A stretch of DNA of 64,000 nt from Eledone cirrhosa (Eukaryota): contig OZ024744.1 in the NCBI GenBank assembly GCA_964016885.1, positions 7,006,001-7,070,000 of the forward strand, given 5' to 3'. The translations under genes and the position numbers were made by a program. This document shows, one piece after another, positions 39,936 through 52,729 of this stretch (position 1 is the stretch's first letter; every line of letters begins with the position of its first letter). The notes under the pieces were generated by a model. It was not told where the DNA came from. It did not search any database and worked only from the letters and a program-made list of their open reading frames with translations.

Positions 39936-40584
39936 ACATCACAAGTCTAAACACCTAAAGATGCATATGTGTGTATGTGTGTTCTCAATTTTACAAATAT
40001 CTGAGCATTAATCTCATCACTCCAGCTTAGATGCGGATCAAATAATATTATATAATCGCATTTATAAAAAAGAATCTGTGTTTTTTAATACAAAAAACAT
40101 CACAGAAAACGTTTTCTTTCAAATCAGATTCCCGTTAGTCACATAACTGCGGAGGTAAGATTTCTTACAACTGTGGCTTATCAATTAACTAAAATTTATT
40201 GTCTTATCTATTTAGAATCCATCATTTATCTCCTCAGATGATAGACATGATAATACTCAGTCACTATCATCAGATGACTGTTAACACCGAGATATTACCG
40301 AACTTCCACCAATGAATACATTTTCTCTCACCACATTGATCTAACGATTGAGAACTAAAATATATTTCCAGCTGTTGTTCATCAATTTAAGTGAAACATA
40401 GACTCTAGATAACACAAGAAAGTATGCCAGCATCTTCTCTACTGAGATATGGAAAAATATTAGATATAAAAGTAAACCTGCAACAAATAATTTCAATCTA
40501 CAACGAATGCTCGTTGTAATTATATATATAAACATATCTACTTGACCACGAATTGGGAAAGTTGTCATGATGTTGAATAGAAAA

Positions 40585-40680
40585 CTTTGCGTTCAAATCT
40601 CGCTGAAGTCAACTTCGCCTTTCATCTATTGAGGGTTAAAATAAAGTACGAATTCTGTACTCGTGTACTGGCCTCGATCT
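40585..40680 (+). mobile_element. Degenerate SINE fragment (tRNA-derived, MetaSINE-like core of the kind abundant in Octopus)
   Basis: B-box-like GTTCAAAT followed by GTCAACTTCGCCTTTCATC..AAATAAAGTAC..GTACTGG..TCGATCT. Recognised from memory, not searched. Confidence 0.5.
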
Positions 40681-40703
40681 TTCCTTTGCTCTCTGTCTGT
40701 ATC

Positions 40704-40800
40704 TACACACACTCACGCACACACACTCACACTCACACTCACACACACAGACATACACTCACACTCACTCATACACTCACACTCACACTCACACACACAC
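40704..40800. repeat. (CA)n/(CACACT)n simple repeat
   Basis: Read directly. Confidence 0.9.
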
Positions 40801-41399
40801 ATGTCTCTCTCTGTCTCCCCCGTTCTCTCTATCTATCTCTATCACCCTTTCGCGCGGCCATGTAGGCAGTCGGTTGTAGTGAAACTTGAGCGTGACAAGT
40901 TCCACTCGGCCGAAATGCTCCAGTAAGGCCGTATGATTGGACGACGGCTGTACGATTGTCATGAGTTAATGGTTCAACTAAGAGTGCCTTACAACGAACT
41001 CGTTTCCTTTATAAAGCCGGAAAATAGTTCAGCTCTTCATAAAAGTCTCTGGACCCCTTTCTGTATGGAATGTAATTTCTATGTCAGAAATATTCGGTAT
41101 TTACATTTTTTTAGCACTACGTGATTAACTGACTCTTCCTGTGCACCCCACTCACCAACTTTTACTACACCTCACCCACCAACCCTCAGTCCACCCTACT
41201 CGTCAACTCTCGGTCCACCCCACTCACCATTTCATATACCTAAGCGATGAGACAACCATTTTCACGGAATGCAGTTATTTCCTTTGTCTCTTGATAAACA
41301 AACAACACATATTTATTGCCACCTTCAACAACAATTCTACCCGAATTTCATACATTTAACCTCTAACTCATTAAAACACAAACATTTCAACACACACGC

Positions 41400-41403
<4 letters not shown>

Positions 41404-41489
<86 letters not shown>

Positions 41490-41500
41490 GCACACACACA
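41404..41500. repeat. (AG)n then (CA)n microsatellite
   Basis: Read directly. Confidence 0.98.
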
Positions 41501-41552
41501 CAGTCATCCATCCATCCAGTCTTACATACACACATTCATACATACATACACA

Positions 41553-41700
41553 CATGGTGGTGGCTGCCAACTCGTCTTCGAGTACGGCCATTACTGTATA
41601 TCCATGTAGGAGAACCCCTACCGATGCGCTGAACGAGTGTGACTTTTTAGTCCAGCCAGCGACTTGAAACTCTGGTACAAACACTACACCTGTGACAATT
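41553..41700 (-). mobile_element. 3' end of an RTE-like element (last C2H2 finger plus 3' stem-loop and tail)
   Basis: The - strand reads CSVCTR/FKSLAGLKSHTRSAHR* (1-nt frameshift), homologous to CRLCARHFRSLAGLKS at 42589-42660. It ends GGCCGTACTCG-AAGA-CGAG..GGCAGCCA followed by a GT/ATGT tail. Confidence 0.7.
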
Positions 41701-42112
41701 ATTGACACATAGTGCTGGGCCCATGGTACCTTGTAACGACAAGTGCAGAGAGGTCTCCAGATATAAAGCAATGCATGTGCCGTGAAGCTTTTATAGTGAG
41801 CAAAGGCACTGCACAAAGCCAGTCCCACTCTCTTAACCAAGATGATATTTACCAAAAAGAAGAACAAGTCAACATCATTGGATACCATCAGGGTTGCAGG
41901 TGTTATATCAGAGTTTTCCTTCTCCTACAATTCTGCGTTGACAAAGGCTAAGGGGTCATCTCTCCCGGTGATTTTGGATGGCCATTGACTCTTAAGAGCT
42001 CCTTTGCCCTTGGACAGGTTTTGTTTTTAGTCCTGCAGGATGTCCCAAGTCACCCTCCTCACCAAGAAACCTTGGTGGGGTTGCCAGTTTAGTCGCCAAC
42101 GACACGACCATG

Positions 42113-42284
42113 ATATACATACATACATATACATACATACATACATACATACATACATACATACATACATACATACATACATACATACATGATGGCTGCC
42201 CCCTCGTTATCGAGTATGGCCATTGCACAAGAAAAAAATAAATAAATAATAATAATAATAATAAATAAATAAAAAAAAAAAAAG

Positions 42285-42349
<65 letters not shown>

Positions 42350-42417
42350 CATACATATATACATACACACATACATACACATACACTCACACATATATAC
42401 ACACATACATTAATAAC

Positions 42418-42469
<52 letters not shown>

Positions 42470-42548
42470 GCAATAATAATAATAACGACAACAACAATAA
42501 TAATATACATATTCATATATATATACACACACACGCACGCACATAAGC

Positions 42549-42580
<32 letters not shown>
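42113..42580. repeat. Compound microsatellite block: (TACA)n 42113-42190, (AT)n 42287-42344, (AAT)n ~42411-42500, (CA)n to 42580; contains an RTE 3' tip at 42187-42228 (-)
   Basis: Read directly. 42187-42223 resembles 41553-41594. Confidence 0.9.
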
Positions 42581-45480
42581 GATAGCAACTAACAGTGCTG
42601 CGATCGAATGGGGCTTTTTAGCCCAGCCAATGATCTAAAATGTCTTGCACAGAGTCGGCAACCAAAACATTCACTGGGAATAGTCGGCTGTGGTTGGAGT
42701 TCGTGTAATTTTGCATGTCGCTTGAGCCCTCCTGCTGATTTACATTCTCTACCACATGTTTGGCAAGCATGATGAGTAGCATCTCCAACAGCAGCCTGCT
42801 AGTCAACCACTGGTCTTACTTTATGACTGCGAAGATGACTTTCGAGTCCAGCTTTGCTTAGGCAGAGTCTCGCACAGACGCTGCATGTCAGAACCATAGG
42901 AGGACCCTCGCCGTCTGGAAGTGCAACAGCAATGCCCTTCCTCACGTCCCGCTTTACTTTCTCGTGTGCGATTCGAGATGCCTCAAAGGAAACTTTTCCC
43001 TGTAGACAAACTGATCAACCACTCCAAGTCGTTTGCCATACACATAGATGTTTGGTTCAGTGTACTGCTTACTAGGGGCAGGTTGGTACATGACGACGGT
43101 TTTCTTGAGACTGACAGTCAGACCTAGGGCAGTGCAAGCATCAGAAAATGCATTCAAAATGTGATGCATATCACTCTATCACTCTCTGTGTGCGCTACAA
43201 GATCGCAATCATCTGCATACAAGAGGTCTCTTATGATTGATTTAAATACTTTTGTCTTTGCAGCAAAGCGCCTGATGTTAAATATGCTGCCTGAGATTCG
43301 ATATCGGATGTAAACACCATGCTCGCAATTCCTGAATGCAATATAGAAAACCATTGCAAGGTATTTGGCAAACAGGGTCGGTGCTGGAATATCCCCCTGT
43401 TTCACTCCATATTTTTCTGAGATAGGCTCCGACATATTACCTCCGACATTAACCTAAGCCTTCATGTCGTCATGGAAAGACCTAACTAAAGCAAGGAACT
43501 TATCAGGGCAACCAAGTTTCTGGAGAACCATCCATAATGCATTTCTGTTAACAGTATCGAAAGCCTTTGTCAGATCGACAAAAACCTGATACAGATCCAA
43601 ACCTTGTTCCATGCACTTCTCCTGGAGCTGTCTAGCTGAGAAGATCATATCAGTAGTACCACGTCCAGCACGAAAACCAGATTGACTTTCAGGAAGGACA
43701 CAATCTGCAATGTGTGTCAGCAGACGGTCCAGAAGCACCCTACATAAAAACTTTCCCTACGACAGAAAGCAATGATATACCTCTGTAGTGCCCACAATCA
43801 TTCCTGTTACGCTTTCCCTTGTGCAAGACCACCATTACTGCATCTCTCCAGTCCTCATGTAGGGATTCATTAGCCCATATCCTGCCAAACAAAGAGTGAA
43901 GATGTTGCAGAAGTCTCTCACCACCATATTGTAGGTGCTCTGCATGTATACCATCCATACCTGGAGACCTTCCACTGTTCAGCTTCGAGATAGCTACTGC
44001 AACCTCCACAAGCGTCGGAGGTTCTGTGAGAGCTACTTTCACAGGACTTTCTGGAATGAGATTGAGGAAATCTTCATTGACGACAGGCGGCTGATTCAAA
44101 AGATCATCAAAGTGCTCTCGCCACCTTCGTAGAATTCCTTGCGAGTCACTAAGAAGTTCTTTGCCATCCTTGCAGCGAAGCGGTGTCACCAGAGAAGAAG
44201 ACGGTCCATAAACTTCACGCAAGAGACTGTGCAACAGCTTTGTGTTATTGGAATCTGACGCAGTTTGTATCTCACCAGTCTTCTCACTCCACCACTGATC
44301 CTTCATCTGAGAAAGACTCCGCCTAACACGTGATTTTACATCCCTGAGTTCCTCATGCAACGTATTCCTCTCCTGTGGTTTTGCCGTCAAGTAGCGTGAC
44401 AGAGCACGCCTCTTATCAGCCAACAAGTCTTCTATATGTTCATCATTCTCGTTAAACCAGTACTGATGTTTTCTCTGCGCCAATCCCAGAACACGCCTGC
44501 CTACATCATAAACCGACTTTTTAAGGGTCGGTCAATCCTCACCAAGATCTGCAGCCTGCATCTCTTCTTCCAATGTCCTCTTCACATTTTTATCCTTGAG
44601 ACGAGCAGCATTCAATCTTCTGGGCAGGGTCACACCAGGAACCCGGATTTTACGTTAAGTGATTAGTTTCACTTTTGCGCGTACCAGGCGGTGGTCCACC
44701 AAACACTCAGTTCCACGAAGAGCACGAACACACTGCACATCCTGTCTGTCACGCATCCTGACTAGGACGTAGTCCAAAATATGCCATTCCTTAGATGCAG
44801 GATGCATCCATGTGGTCTTACATTTATTCTTTTGTTGGAACATGGTGTTGGTAACACACAGATCCAGTTCCCTCACACATCTGCAGCAGGAGCATACCAT
44901 TGCTGTTACACTTTCCCACCCCATGCCTTCCGATTACATTCCATGTGTTAAAATCCCTACCCACTCTAGCATTAAAGTCACCAGGCACGATGACTTTGTC
45001 TGCCTGAGGGATATTTCTTAAAACACCTTTCAAGGCATGGTAAAGGGACACTTTTTCTTCATCGACAGAATGCATAGTTGGAGCATACACACTCACCAGG
45101 GTAGCATATCTTCCTTTGTCCAGCGGAACTCTCATGGACATAAGACGCTCAGTAATCCCTACTGGGAATTCTTCTAATTTATTCACAAGAACAGTCTTGA
45201 CAGCAAATGCTACCCCAGCCTCTCTTCTGGTTCCTTCATCTTTTCCTTTCCAGAAGAATGTATATTCTCCACAAAATTCCGTAATATGACCATCTCCAGC
45301 TAGCCTCGTCTCAGATAAAGCCACGATGTCAAGATCGTAACGTCGAAGCTCCTTTGCAACAAGAGCGGTCCTTCGTTCAGGACGCCCCAAGGAATCCCTG
45401 TCAAGCAGCGTCCGTACGTTCCAGCAGCCAAGACTAAATGCCTTGTTTGGCTATATTACAGTGGCACGATGACGTATTTA
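42581..45480 (-). mobile_element. RTE-clade (BovB/AviRTE-like) LINE, degenerate, with an internal deletion
   Basis: APE motifs GCWNVRTL..PERRTALVAKEL..ALSETRL, GDFNARVG and TTWMHP..WHILDYVL. RT motifs PESQSGFR..TTDMIF..QLQEKC, FVDLTKAFD, GVKQG and LLYADD. Frameshifts and stops; sequence is missing after DQFVY (~43003); C-terminal C2H2 fingers. Confidence 0.92.
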
Positions 45481-45574
45481 TGAGTGTTGGTGTGTGCCCT
45501 TATTGCCAATTATCTCTTTTGGGAAAAGAAAAGAAAGTAATAATAATAGTAACAATATTAATAATTATAATAAT

Positions 45575-46684
45575 AACAAAAATAAATGGATAGGAAGACT
45601 AGGAAGCTATTGACTATCTACAACATGTTCCACAAGAGGAGTGATGTCGATAGACTCTACTTAAGGAGATCTGAAGGTGGAAGAGGTCTTATCAGCATAG
45701 AGGACTATGTTCAGATGGAGAAAAAAAACCTACACAAATACGTGACTGATAGTAAGGAGCTAATTCTCAGAATTGTACGGAAGGAGAGGACAATAGACCA
45801 GGGGATGTCCAAGGAGGAAATAACAACAAGGAGAAAGAGCAGCCTTAATGAAAAATCCCTTCATAGTACCTTCTTTGAGAAAACTGAATTCATAGATCCA
45901 TAGACATGGAACTGGTTGAAAAGAGGAGACCTTAAAAAGGCTACAGAAGGAATGCTAATGGCTGCGCAAGAGCAGGCCCTCAAAACGAAGTGGTTCAAAC
46001 ACCCTATTTACAAGGAGGAGGCTAGCCCACTGTGCAGGATCTGTGGAGAGAGAGAGGGGAGACTGTGGCTCACATTGTTTCCGAGTGTAAACACCTATCC
46101 CAGACTCACTATAAGAGCTGGAGACATGATGTGATGGGCAGGGTGATCCACTGGCACTTATGAAAAGTAAACAATTTACCACATTCTGAGAAGTGGTATG
46201 AGCATAAGCCAGAGTCGGTGAAAGAAAACGATCAGGTGAAGGTGCTGTGGGATTTTAGGATACAGACGGACAAGAAACTGGAACACAATAGACCTGACCT
46301 GGTGGTTTTGCACAAGGAAAAAAGTTCGTGCCTGATTGTGGATGTGGCCTGCCCATTCGACACGAGAGTGCAAGAGAAGGAGAGGGAGAAAATTAACCGA
46401 TACCAGGACTTAAAGTGGGAGGCAAAAAGGATTTGGAACTGCCATGAAGTCAAAGTGGTCCTGATTGTCATAGGCGCACTAGGTACTATCTCAAAGATTT
46501 TCCAGGGATGGTTAAAGAAAATTGGCCCCGCCACGCTTTTTGGAACGCTTCAAAAGGCATGCTTGCTGGGAACAGCAAGAACCCTCCGATACGTCCTGAA
46601 TATCTGAGGCTGCAGGTAGTGGCTCGATATTCATTTCAACACACTTTCCAGTTAACTAACATCAATGACTGAGACTCAAAGAAC
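45575..46684 (+). mobile_element. Family A' 5'-truncated copy, with stops and a frameshift
   Basis: MDRKTRKLL..RSEGGRGL through RYVLNI and the 3'UTR. Degenerate AAT tract at 45538-45575 and (AAT)n at 46685-46708. Confidence 0.93.
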
Positions 46685-46708
46685 AATAATAATAATAATA
46701 ATAATAAT

Positions 46709-47119
46709 GATTTCTTTATTGGCCACAAGGGTTGACATCAAGAAAAACATTACAGACGGTACAGGACGGTATGATGATGATGTGGCTTTTGTGCGTGTAA
46801 ATATTTTTATTATTTATATAAGAAAAGAAAAAAGACATAAAACATATATATATATAAACAATAAAATGAAAATTGAAACCATGAAAAATTTCCCAATAGG
46901 GGGAAACCTACGAGGGTTACTCATGGCGAAAACCACACAAAAGACCACGGCCACCCTGACTATCAGGGCAAGCGCCCTGTCTCAATTTGTCCATCTCTTA
47001 AACTACAGACGTATATTCAGAGTGGTTCACTCGGACCATTCTCGCTACATTCACCCACCTTTCAAGAAACTTGCTAGAAAGCAGCACTTGCCTCTCCACC
47101 TGATTTTCCTCTTCACTTC
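46709..47119 (-). mobile_element. Divergent Tx1 family 3' fragment
   Basis: The 3' end CCTTGTGGCCAATAAAGAAATCA-(TTA)n and the ORF2 tail KIRVERQVLSSKFLERWV are homologous to, but distinct from, the other Tx1 copies. (AAT)n on both sides. Confidence 0.85.
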
Positions 47120-47192
<73 letters not shown>

Positions 47193-47193
<1 letters not shown>

Positions 47194-47953
47194 GGAGACC
47201 TCAAAAAGGCTACAGAAGGAATGCTAATGGCTGCGCAGGAGCAGGCCCTCAAAACGAAGTGGTTGAAGCACCATATCTACAAGGAGGAGGCTAGCCCACT
47301 GTGCAGGATCTGTGGAGAGAGAGAGGGGAGACTGTGGCTCACATTGTATCCGAGTGTAAACACCTATCCCAGACTCACTATAAGAGCTGGAGACATGATG
47401 TGATGGGCAGGGTGATCCACTGGCACTTATGAAAAGTAAACAATTTACCACATTCTGAGAAGTGGTATGAGCATAAGCCAGAGTCGGTGAAAGAAAACGA
47501 TCAGGTGAAGGTGCTGTGGGATTTTAGGATACAGACGGACAAGAAACTGGAACACAATAGACCTGACCTGGTGGTTTTGCACAAGGAAAAAAGTTCGTGC
47601 CTGATTGTGGATGTGGCCTGCCCATTCGACACGAGAGTGCAAGAGAAGGAGAGGGAGAAAATTAACCGATACCAGGACTTAAAGTGGGAGGCAAAAAGGA
47701 TTTGGAACTGCCATGAAGTCAAAGTGGTCCTGATTGTCATAGGCGCACTAGGTACTATCTCAAAGATTTTCCAGGGATGGTTAAAGAAAATTGGCCCCGC
47801 CACGCTTTTTGGAACGCTTCAAAAGGCATGCTTGCTGGGAACAGCAAGAACCCTCCGATACGTCCTGAATATCTGAGGCTGCAGGTAGTGGCTCGATATT
47901 CATTTCAACACACTTTCCAGTTAACTAACATCAATGACTGAGACTCAAAGAAC
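47193..47953 (+). mobile_element. Family A/A' hybrid 3' fragment
   Basis: The 5' part matches the 48456 copy and the 3' part matches the 45575 copy (ORF 47487..47876 is identical to 46218..46607). Confidence 0.9.
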
Positions 47954-47974
47954 AATAATAATAATAATAATAAT

Positions 47975-48385
47975 GATTTCTTTATTGGCCACAAGGGTTG
48001 ACATCAAGAAAAACATTACAGACGGTACAGGACGGTATGATGATGATGTGGCTTTTGTGCGTGTAAATATTTTTATTATTTATATAAGAAAAGAAAAAAG
48101 ACATAAAACATATATATATATAAACAATAAAATGAAAATTGAAACCATGAAAAATTTCCCAATAGGGGGAAACCTACGAGGGTTACTCATGGCGAAAACT
48201 ACACAAAAGACCACGGCCACCCTGACTATCAGGGCAAGCGCCCTGTCTCAATTTGTCCATCTCTTAAACTACAGACGTATATTCAGAGTGGTTCACTCGG
48301 ACCATTCTCGCTACATTCACCCACCTTTCAAGAAACTTGCTAGAAAGCAGCACTTGCCTCTCCACCTGATTTTCCTCTTCACTTC
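47975..48385 (-). mobile_element. Duplicate of the divergent Tx1 3' fragment
   Basis: Nearly identical to 46709-47119, with the same breakpoints. Confidence 0.88.
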
Positions 48386-48455
<70 letters not shown>

Positions 48456-48456
<1 letters not shown>

Positions 48457-49211
48457 GGAGACCTCAAAAAGGCTACAGAAGGAATGCTAATGGCTGCGCA
48501 GGAGCAGGCCCTCAAAACGAAGTGGTTGAAGCACCATATCTACAAGGAGGAAGCTAGCCCACTGTGCAGGATCTGTGGAGAGAGAGAGGAGACTGTGGCT
48601 CACATTGTGTCCGAGTGTAAACACCTAGCCCAGACCCACTATAAGGGCTGGAGACACGATGTGATGGGCAGGGTGATCCACTGGCACCTGTGCAAAGTAA
48701 ACAATCTACCACATTCTGAGAAATGGTATGAGCATAGGCCAGAGGCGGTGATGGAGAACAATCAGGTGAAGGTGCTGTGGGATTTTAGGATACAGACGGA
48801 CAAAAAACTGGAACACAATAGACCTGACCTGGTGGTTGTGGACAAAGAAAAAAGATCGTGCCTGATTGTGGATGTGGCCTGCCCGTTCGACACGAGAGTG
48901 CAAGAGAAGGAGAGGGAGAAAATTAACCGATACCAGGACCTAAAGTGGCAGGTGAAAAGAATTTGGAACTGCCATGAAGTCAAAGTGATTCCGATTGTCA
49001 TAGGCGCACTGGGGACTATCTCCAAAAGTTTCCAGGGATGGTTAAAGAAAATCGGCCCCTTCACGCTTTTTGGAACGCTTCAAAAGGCATGCTTGCTTGG
49101 AACAGCAAGAACCCTCCGATACGTCCTGAATATCTGAGGCTGCAGGTAGTGGCTTGATATTCAATCCAACGGACTTTCCAGTTAACCAACATCAATGACT
49201 GAGATTCAAGG
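48456..49211 (+). mobile_element. Family A 3' fragment (CCHC, RLE and 3'UTR)
   Basis: ORF 48484..49137 is nearly identical to the C-terminus of 33087..36479. Confidence 0.95.
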
Positions 49212-49240
49212 AATAACAATAACAATAATAATAATAATAA

Positions 49241-50924
49241 TGTTTTCTTTATTAACCACAAGGGTTTACATAAAGTAGACATTAAGGACAGTACAGGACA
49301 ATACAGGACGGTACAAATGGGCATTTCTGCGTGTAAAAAAAACAGAGGATGAAATAAAATAACAAAGAAAAATTCCCCAATAGGGGGGAGACTTCCGAGG
49401 GACATTTGTGGAGAAAGCCCATTAAAAGACCACAGTGGCCCTGACCACCAGGGCAAGTGCCCTCTCCCAGTTTTCCACCTTTAATTTACAGACACATACT
49501 CAGAGAAGGCCCATTCATTCGGGCCATACTTGCTTCTCTCACCCATCTTTCAACAAAATGCTGGGAAGAGAGCACTTCCCTCTCTACCCTGATTTTCCTT
49601 TTCAAATGAAATTTGAAAAAGTTAATCAGGGCATCACCGAAGAGGTAAGTGCTCGTCTTCAGCCCTTTCAAACGTGTCCACCATACTATCTCTTTCGCCA
49701 TGGCCACCAGACAGATAAAAGCTGCCTGCCCTTCCCGGCTAAAGGAAGGGGGCGGGGCAATCCTCACGATGGACTCAGATGATAGCCGGATCCGTCCTAA
49801 ACGCGACAGCAGGTGTTCGACATAAACCCACAAGTCAGCAATTTTCGGACACTGGACGAGTGCGTGCAGGACGGTTTCGTCGCCCTGCGCGCATCTCCGA
49901 CATGCCCGGCTGACGGCACCTCCATGCCTGTAGAGTTTATCCCGAACTGGCAAAGCTCCTCGGTAGCACTGCCAGGCCAGGGATTTCTGGAAGTTGTCCA
50001 TAGGCCCCGGCCCGAAAGTTCTTCCGAAGAGATTGGCTAGTTGATTTTCGTCGACGCCTAGAGTTTCTCCAAGTACGTCGTCGCTCTTCCCCTCCACTAA
50101 TCCCCTATAGAACGCCAAGGTGGAGTTTCCACCGATCACATTGCCCGATTGGTCGAGGGCTGTGAGCGCCTGAAGACATTCCAGTCTCCAAGCGCTCCCT
50201 CTCGGTCTTCGCTTGACCCAGGACTGCAGCTCCGTCAAGGAGACGAGCTGGGGAAAAACGTGTCTAGCAAACGGCGACCACACCTGATCACCGTCGAGGA
50301 AGAGGTGGAGATGTCTAAGCCTGAGCGCGTGTCTGCGCATCATCAGCCACCGCATGCCCAGCCCTCCACGTAGCGGGTGTTGACAGCAGATGGACCGCCT
50401 GACCATCGGAGCGCGTCCCTTCCACAAGAAGCGAAAGAGTAAACGCTCCAGCGCAGTCAGGCGAGGCTTGTACGACGGTCAGGCGGTAGTAGATGACGGA
50501 TGCGATGTACGCATTCGCCACCTCCGCTCGACCTTTCAGGGATAGCTTCCTCTCCGCCCATTTCTGGGTGAGAGAAGCCACCCTGCTCGTCACCTCGTCC
50601 CAGTTTTTGTCCGTCTGGAGGTCTGGACCGAACCAGACCCCTAGCAATTTAACCGGTCCATCCGTCCAGCGCCCGACGACGCTGTTGGACGGCATGGACC
50701 TGCCTCTCCAGGTGCCGAGCTGCAGGCCCACTGACTTTTCCTGGTTGATCATTGCTCCTGTCACCGCTTCGTATTCTCTTAGTGTAGTGCCGATCGCCTC
50801 GATGTGTTTGGCATTCGACACCACTACGGTGACATCGTCGGCATATGCTGACACGGATCTTCCGCATCCTAGTTCGCGCGGGACCCCCCTCAACGTCTCC
50901 AGTTTGTGCAGTAATGGCTCGAGA

Positions 50925-50926
<2 letters not shown>
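49241..50926 (-). mobile_element. Tx1 5'-truncated copy (RT C-terminal half plus 3'UTR)
   Basis: TLEPLL..YADD..GGLG..CRRC..H..C. (AAT)n on both sides. Confidence 0.94.
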
Positions 50927-50964
<38 letters not shown>

Positions 50965-52656
50965 TGTTTTCTTTATTAACCACAAGGGTTCACATAAAGT
51001 AGACATTAAGGACAGTACAAGACATTACAGGACGGTACAAATGGGCATTTATGCGTGTAAAAAAACAGAGGTTGAAATAAAATAACAAAGAAAAATTCCC
51101 CAATAGGGGGGAGACTTCCAAGGGACATTTGTGGAGAAAGCCCATTAAAAGACCACAGTGGCCCTGACCACCAGGGCAAGTGCCCTCTCCCAGTTTTCCA
51201 CCTTTAATTTACAGACACATACTCAGAGTAGGCACATTCATTCGGGCCATACTTGCTTCTCTCACCCATCTTTCAACAAAATGCTGGGAAGGGAGCACTT
51301 CTCTCTCTACCCTGATTTTCCTTTTCAAATGGAATTTGAAAAAGTTAATCAGGGTAATCACCGAAGGGGTAAGTGCTCGTCTTCAGCCCTTTCAAACGTG
51401 TCCACCATACTATCTCTTTCGCCATGGCCACCAGACAGATAAAAACTGCCTGCCCTTCCAGGCTAAAGGAAGGGGGCGGGGCAATCCTCACGATGGACTC
51501 AGCTGATAGCTGGATCCGTCCTACACGTGACAGCAGGTGTTCGACATAAACCCACAAGTCAGCAATGCTCGGACACTGGACGAATGCGTGCAGGACGGTT
51601 TCGTCGCCCTGCGCGCATCTCGGACATGCCCGGCTGACGGCACCTTCATGCCTGTAGAGATTTTCCCGAACTGGCAAAGCTCCTCGGTAGCACTGCCAGG
51701 CCAGGGATTTCTGGAAGTTGTCCATAGGCCCCGGCCCGAAAGTTCTTCCGAAGAGATTGGCTAGTTGATTTTCGTCGACGCCTAGAGTTTCTCCAAGTAC
51801 GTCGTCGCTCTTCCCCTCCACTAATCCCCTATAGAACGCCAAGGTGGAGTTTCCACCGATCACATTGCCCGATTGGTCGAGGGCTGTGAGCGCCTGAAGA
51901 CATTCCAGTCTCCAAGCGCTCCCTCTCGGTCTTCGCTTGACCCAGGACTGCAGCTCCGTCAAGGAGACGAGCTGGGGAAAAACGTGTCTAGCAAACGGCG
52001 ACCACACCTGATCACCGTCGAGGAAGAGCTGGAGATGTCGTAGCCTGAGCGCGTGTCTGCGCATCATCAGCCATGGCATGCCCAGCCCTCCACGTAGCGG
52101 GTGTTGACAGCAGATGGACCGCCTGACCATCGGAGCGCGTCCCTTCCACAAGAAGCGAAAGAATAAACGCTCCAGCGCAGTCAGGCGAGGCTTAGGACAA
52201 GATACGACGGTCAGGCGGTAGTAGATGACGGATGCGATGTACGCATTCGCCACCTTCGCTCGACCTTTCAGGGATAGCTTCCTCTCGGCCCATTTCTGGG
52301 TGAGAGAAGCGACCCTGCTCGTCACCTCGTCCCAGTTTTTGTCCGTCTGGAGGTCTGGACCGAACCAGACCCCTAGCAATTTAACCGGTCCGTCCGTCCA
52401 GCGCCCGACGACGCTGTTGGACGGCATGGACCTGCCTCTCCAGGTGCCGAGCTGCAGGCCCACTGACTTTTCCTGGTTGATCATTGCTCCTGTCACCGCT
52501 TCGTATTCTCTTAGTGTAGTGCCGATCGCCTCGATGTGTTTGGCTTTCGACACCACTACGGTGACATCGTCGGCATATGCTGACACGGATCTTCCGCATC
52601 CTAGTTTGCGCGGGACCCCCCTCAACGTCTCCAGTTTGTGCAGTAATGGCTCGAGA

Positions 52657-52658
<2 letters not shown>
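50965..52658 (-). mobile_element. Tx1 5'-truncated copy with the same truncation point as 49241-50926
   Basis: GGCTCGAGAGT|AATAAT junction at both 50926 and 52658. Confidence 0.94.

Positions 52659-52727
<69 letters not shown>
52659..52727. repeat. (AAT)n junction
   Basis: Read directly. Confidence 0.99.

Positions 52728-52729
<2 letters not shown>

Noticed and set aside
41269-42534. ORFs with ER, YI, I and CMYV repeats
   Set aside because: Translations of microsatellites.
46665-48557. 209-aa and 207-aa poly-Ile ORFs
   Set aside because: Antisense Tx1 3'UTR plus microsatellite; they recur only because of the tandem duplication.
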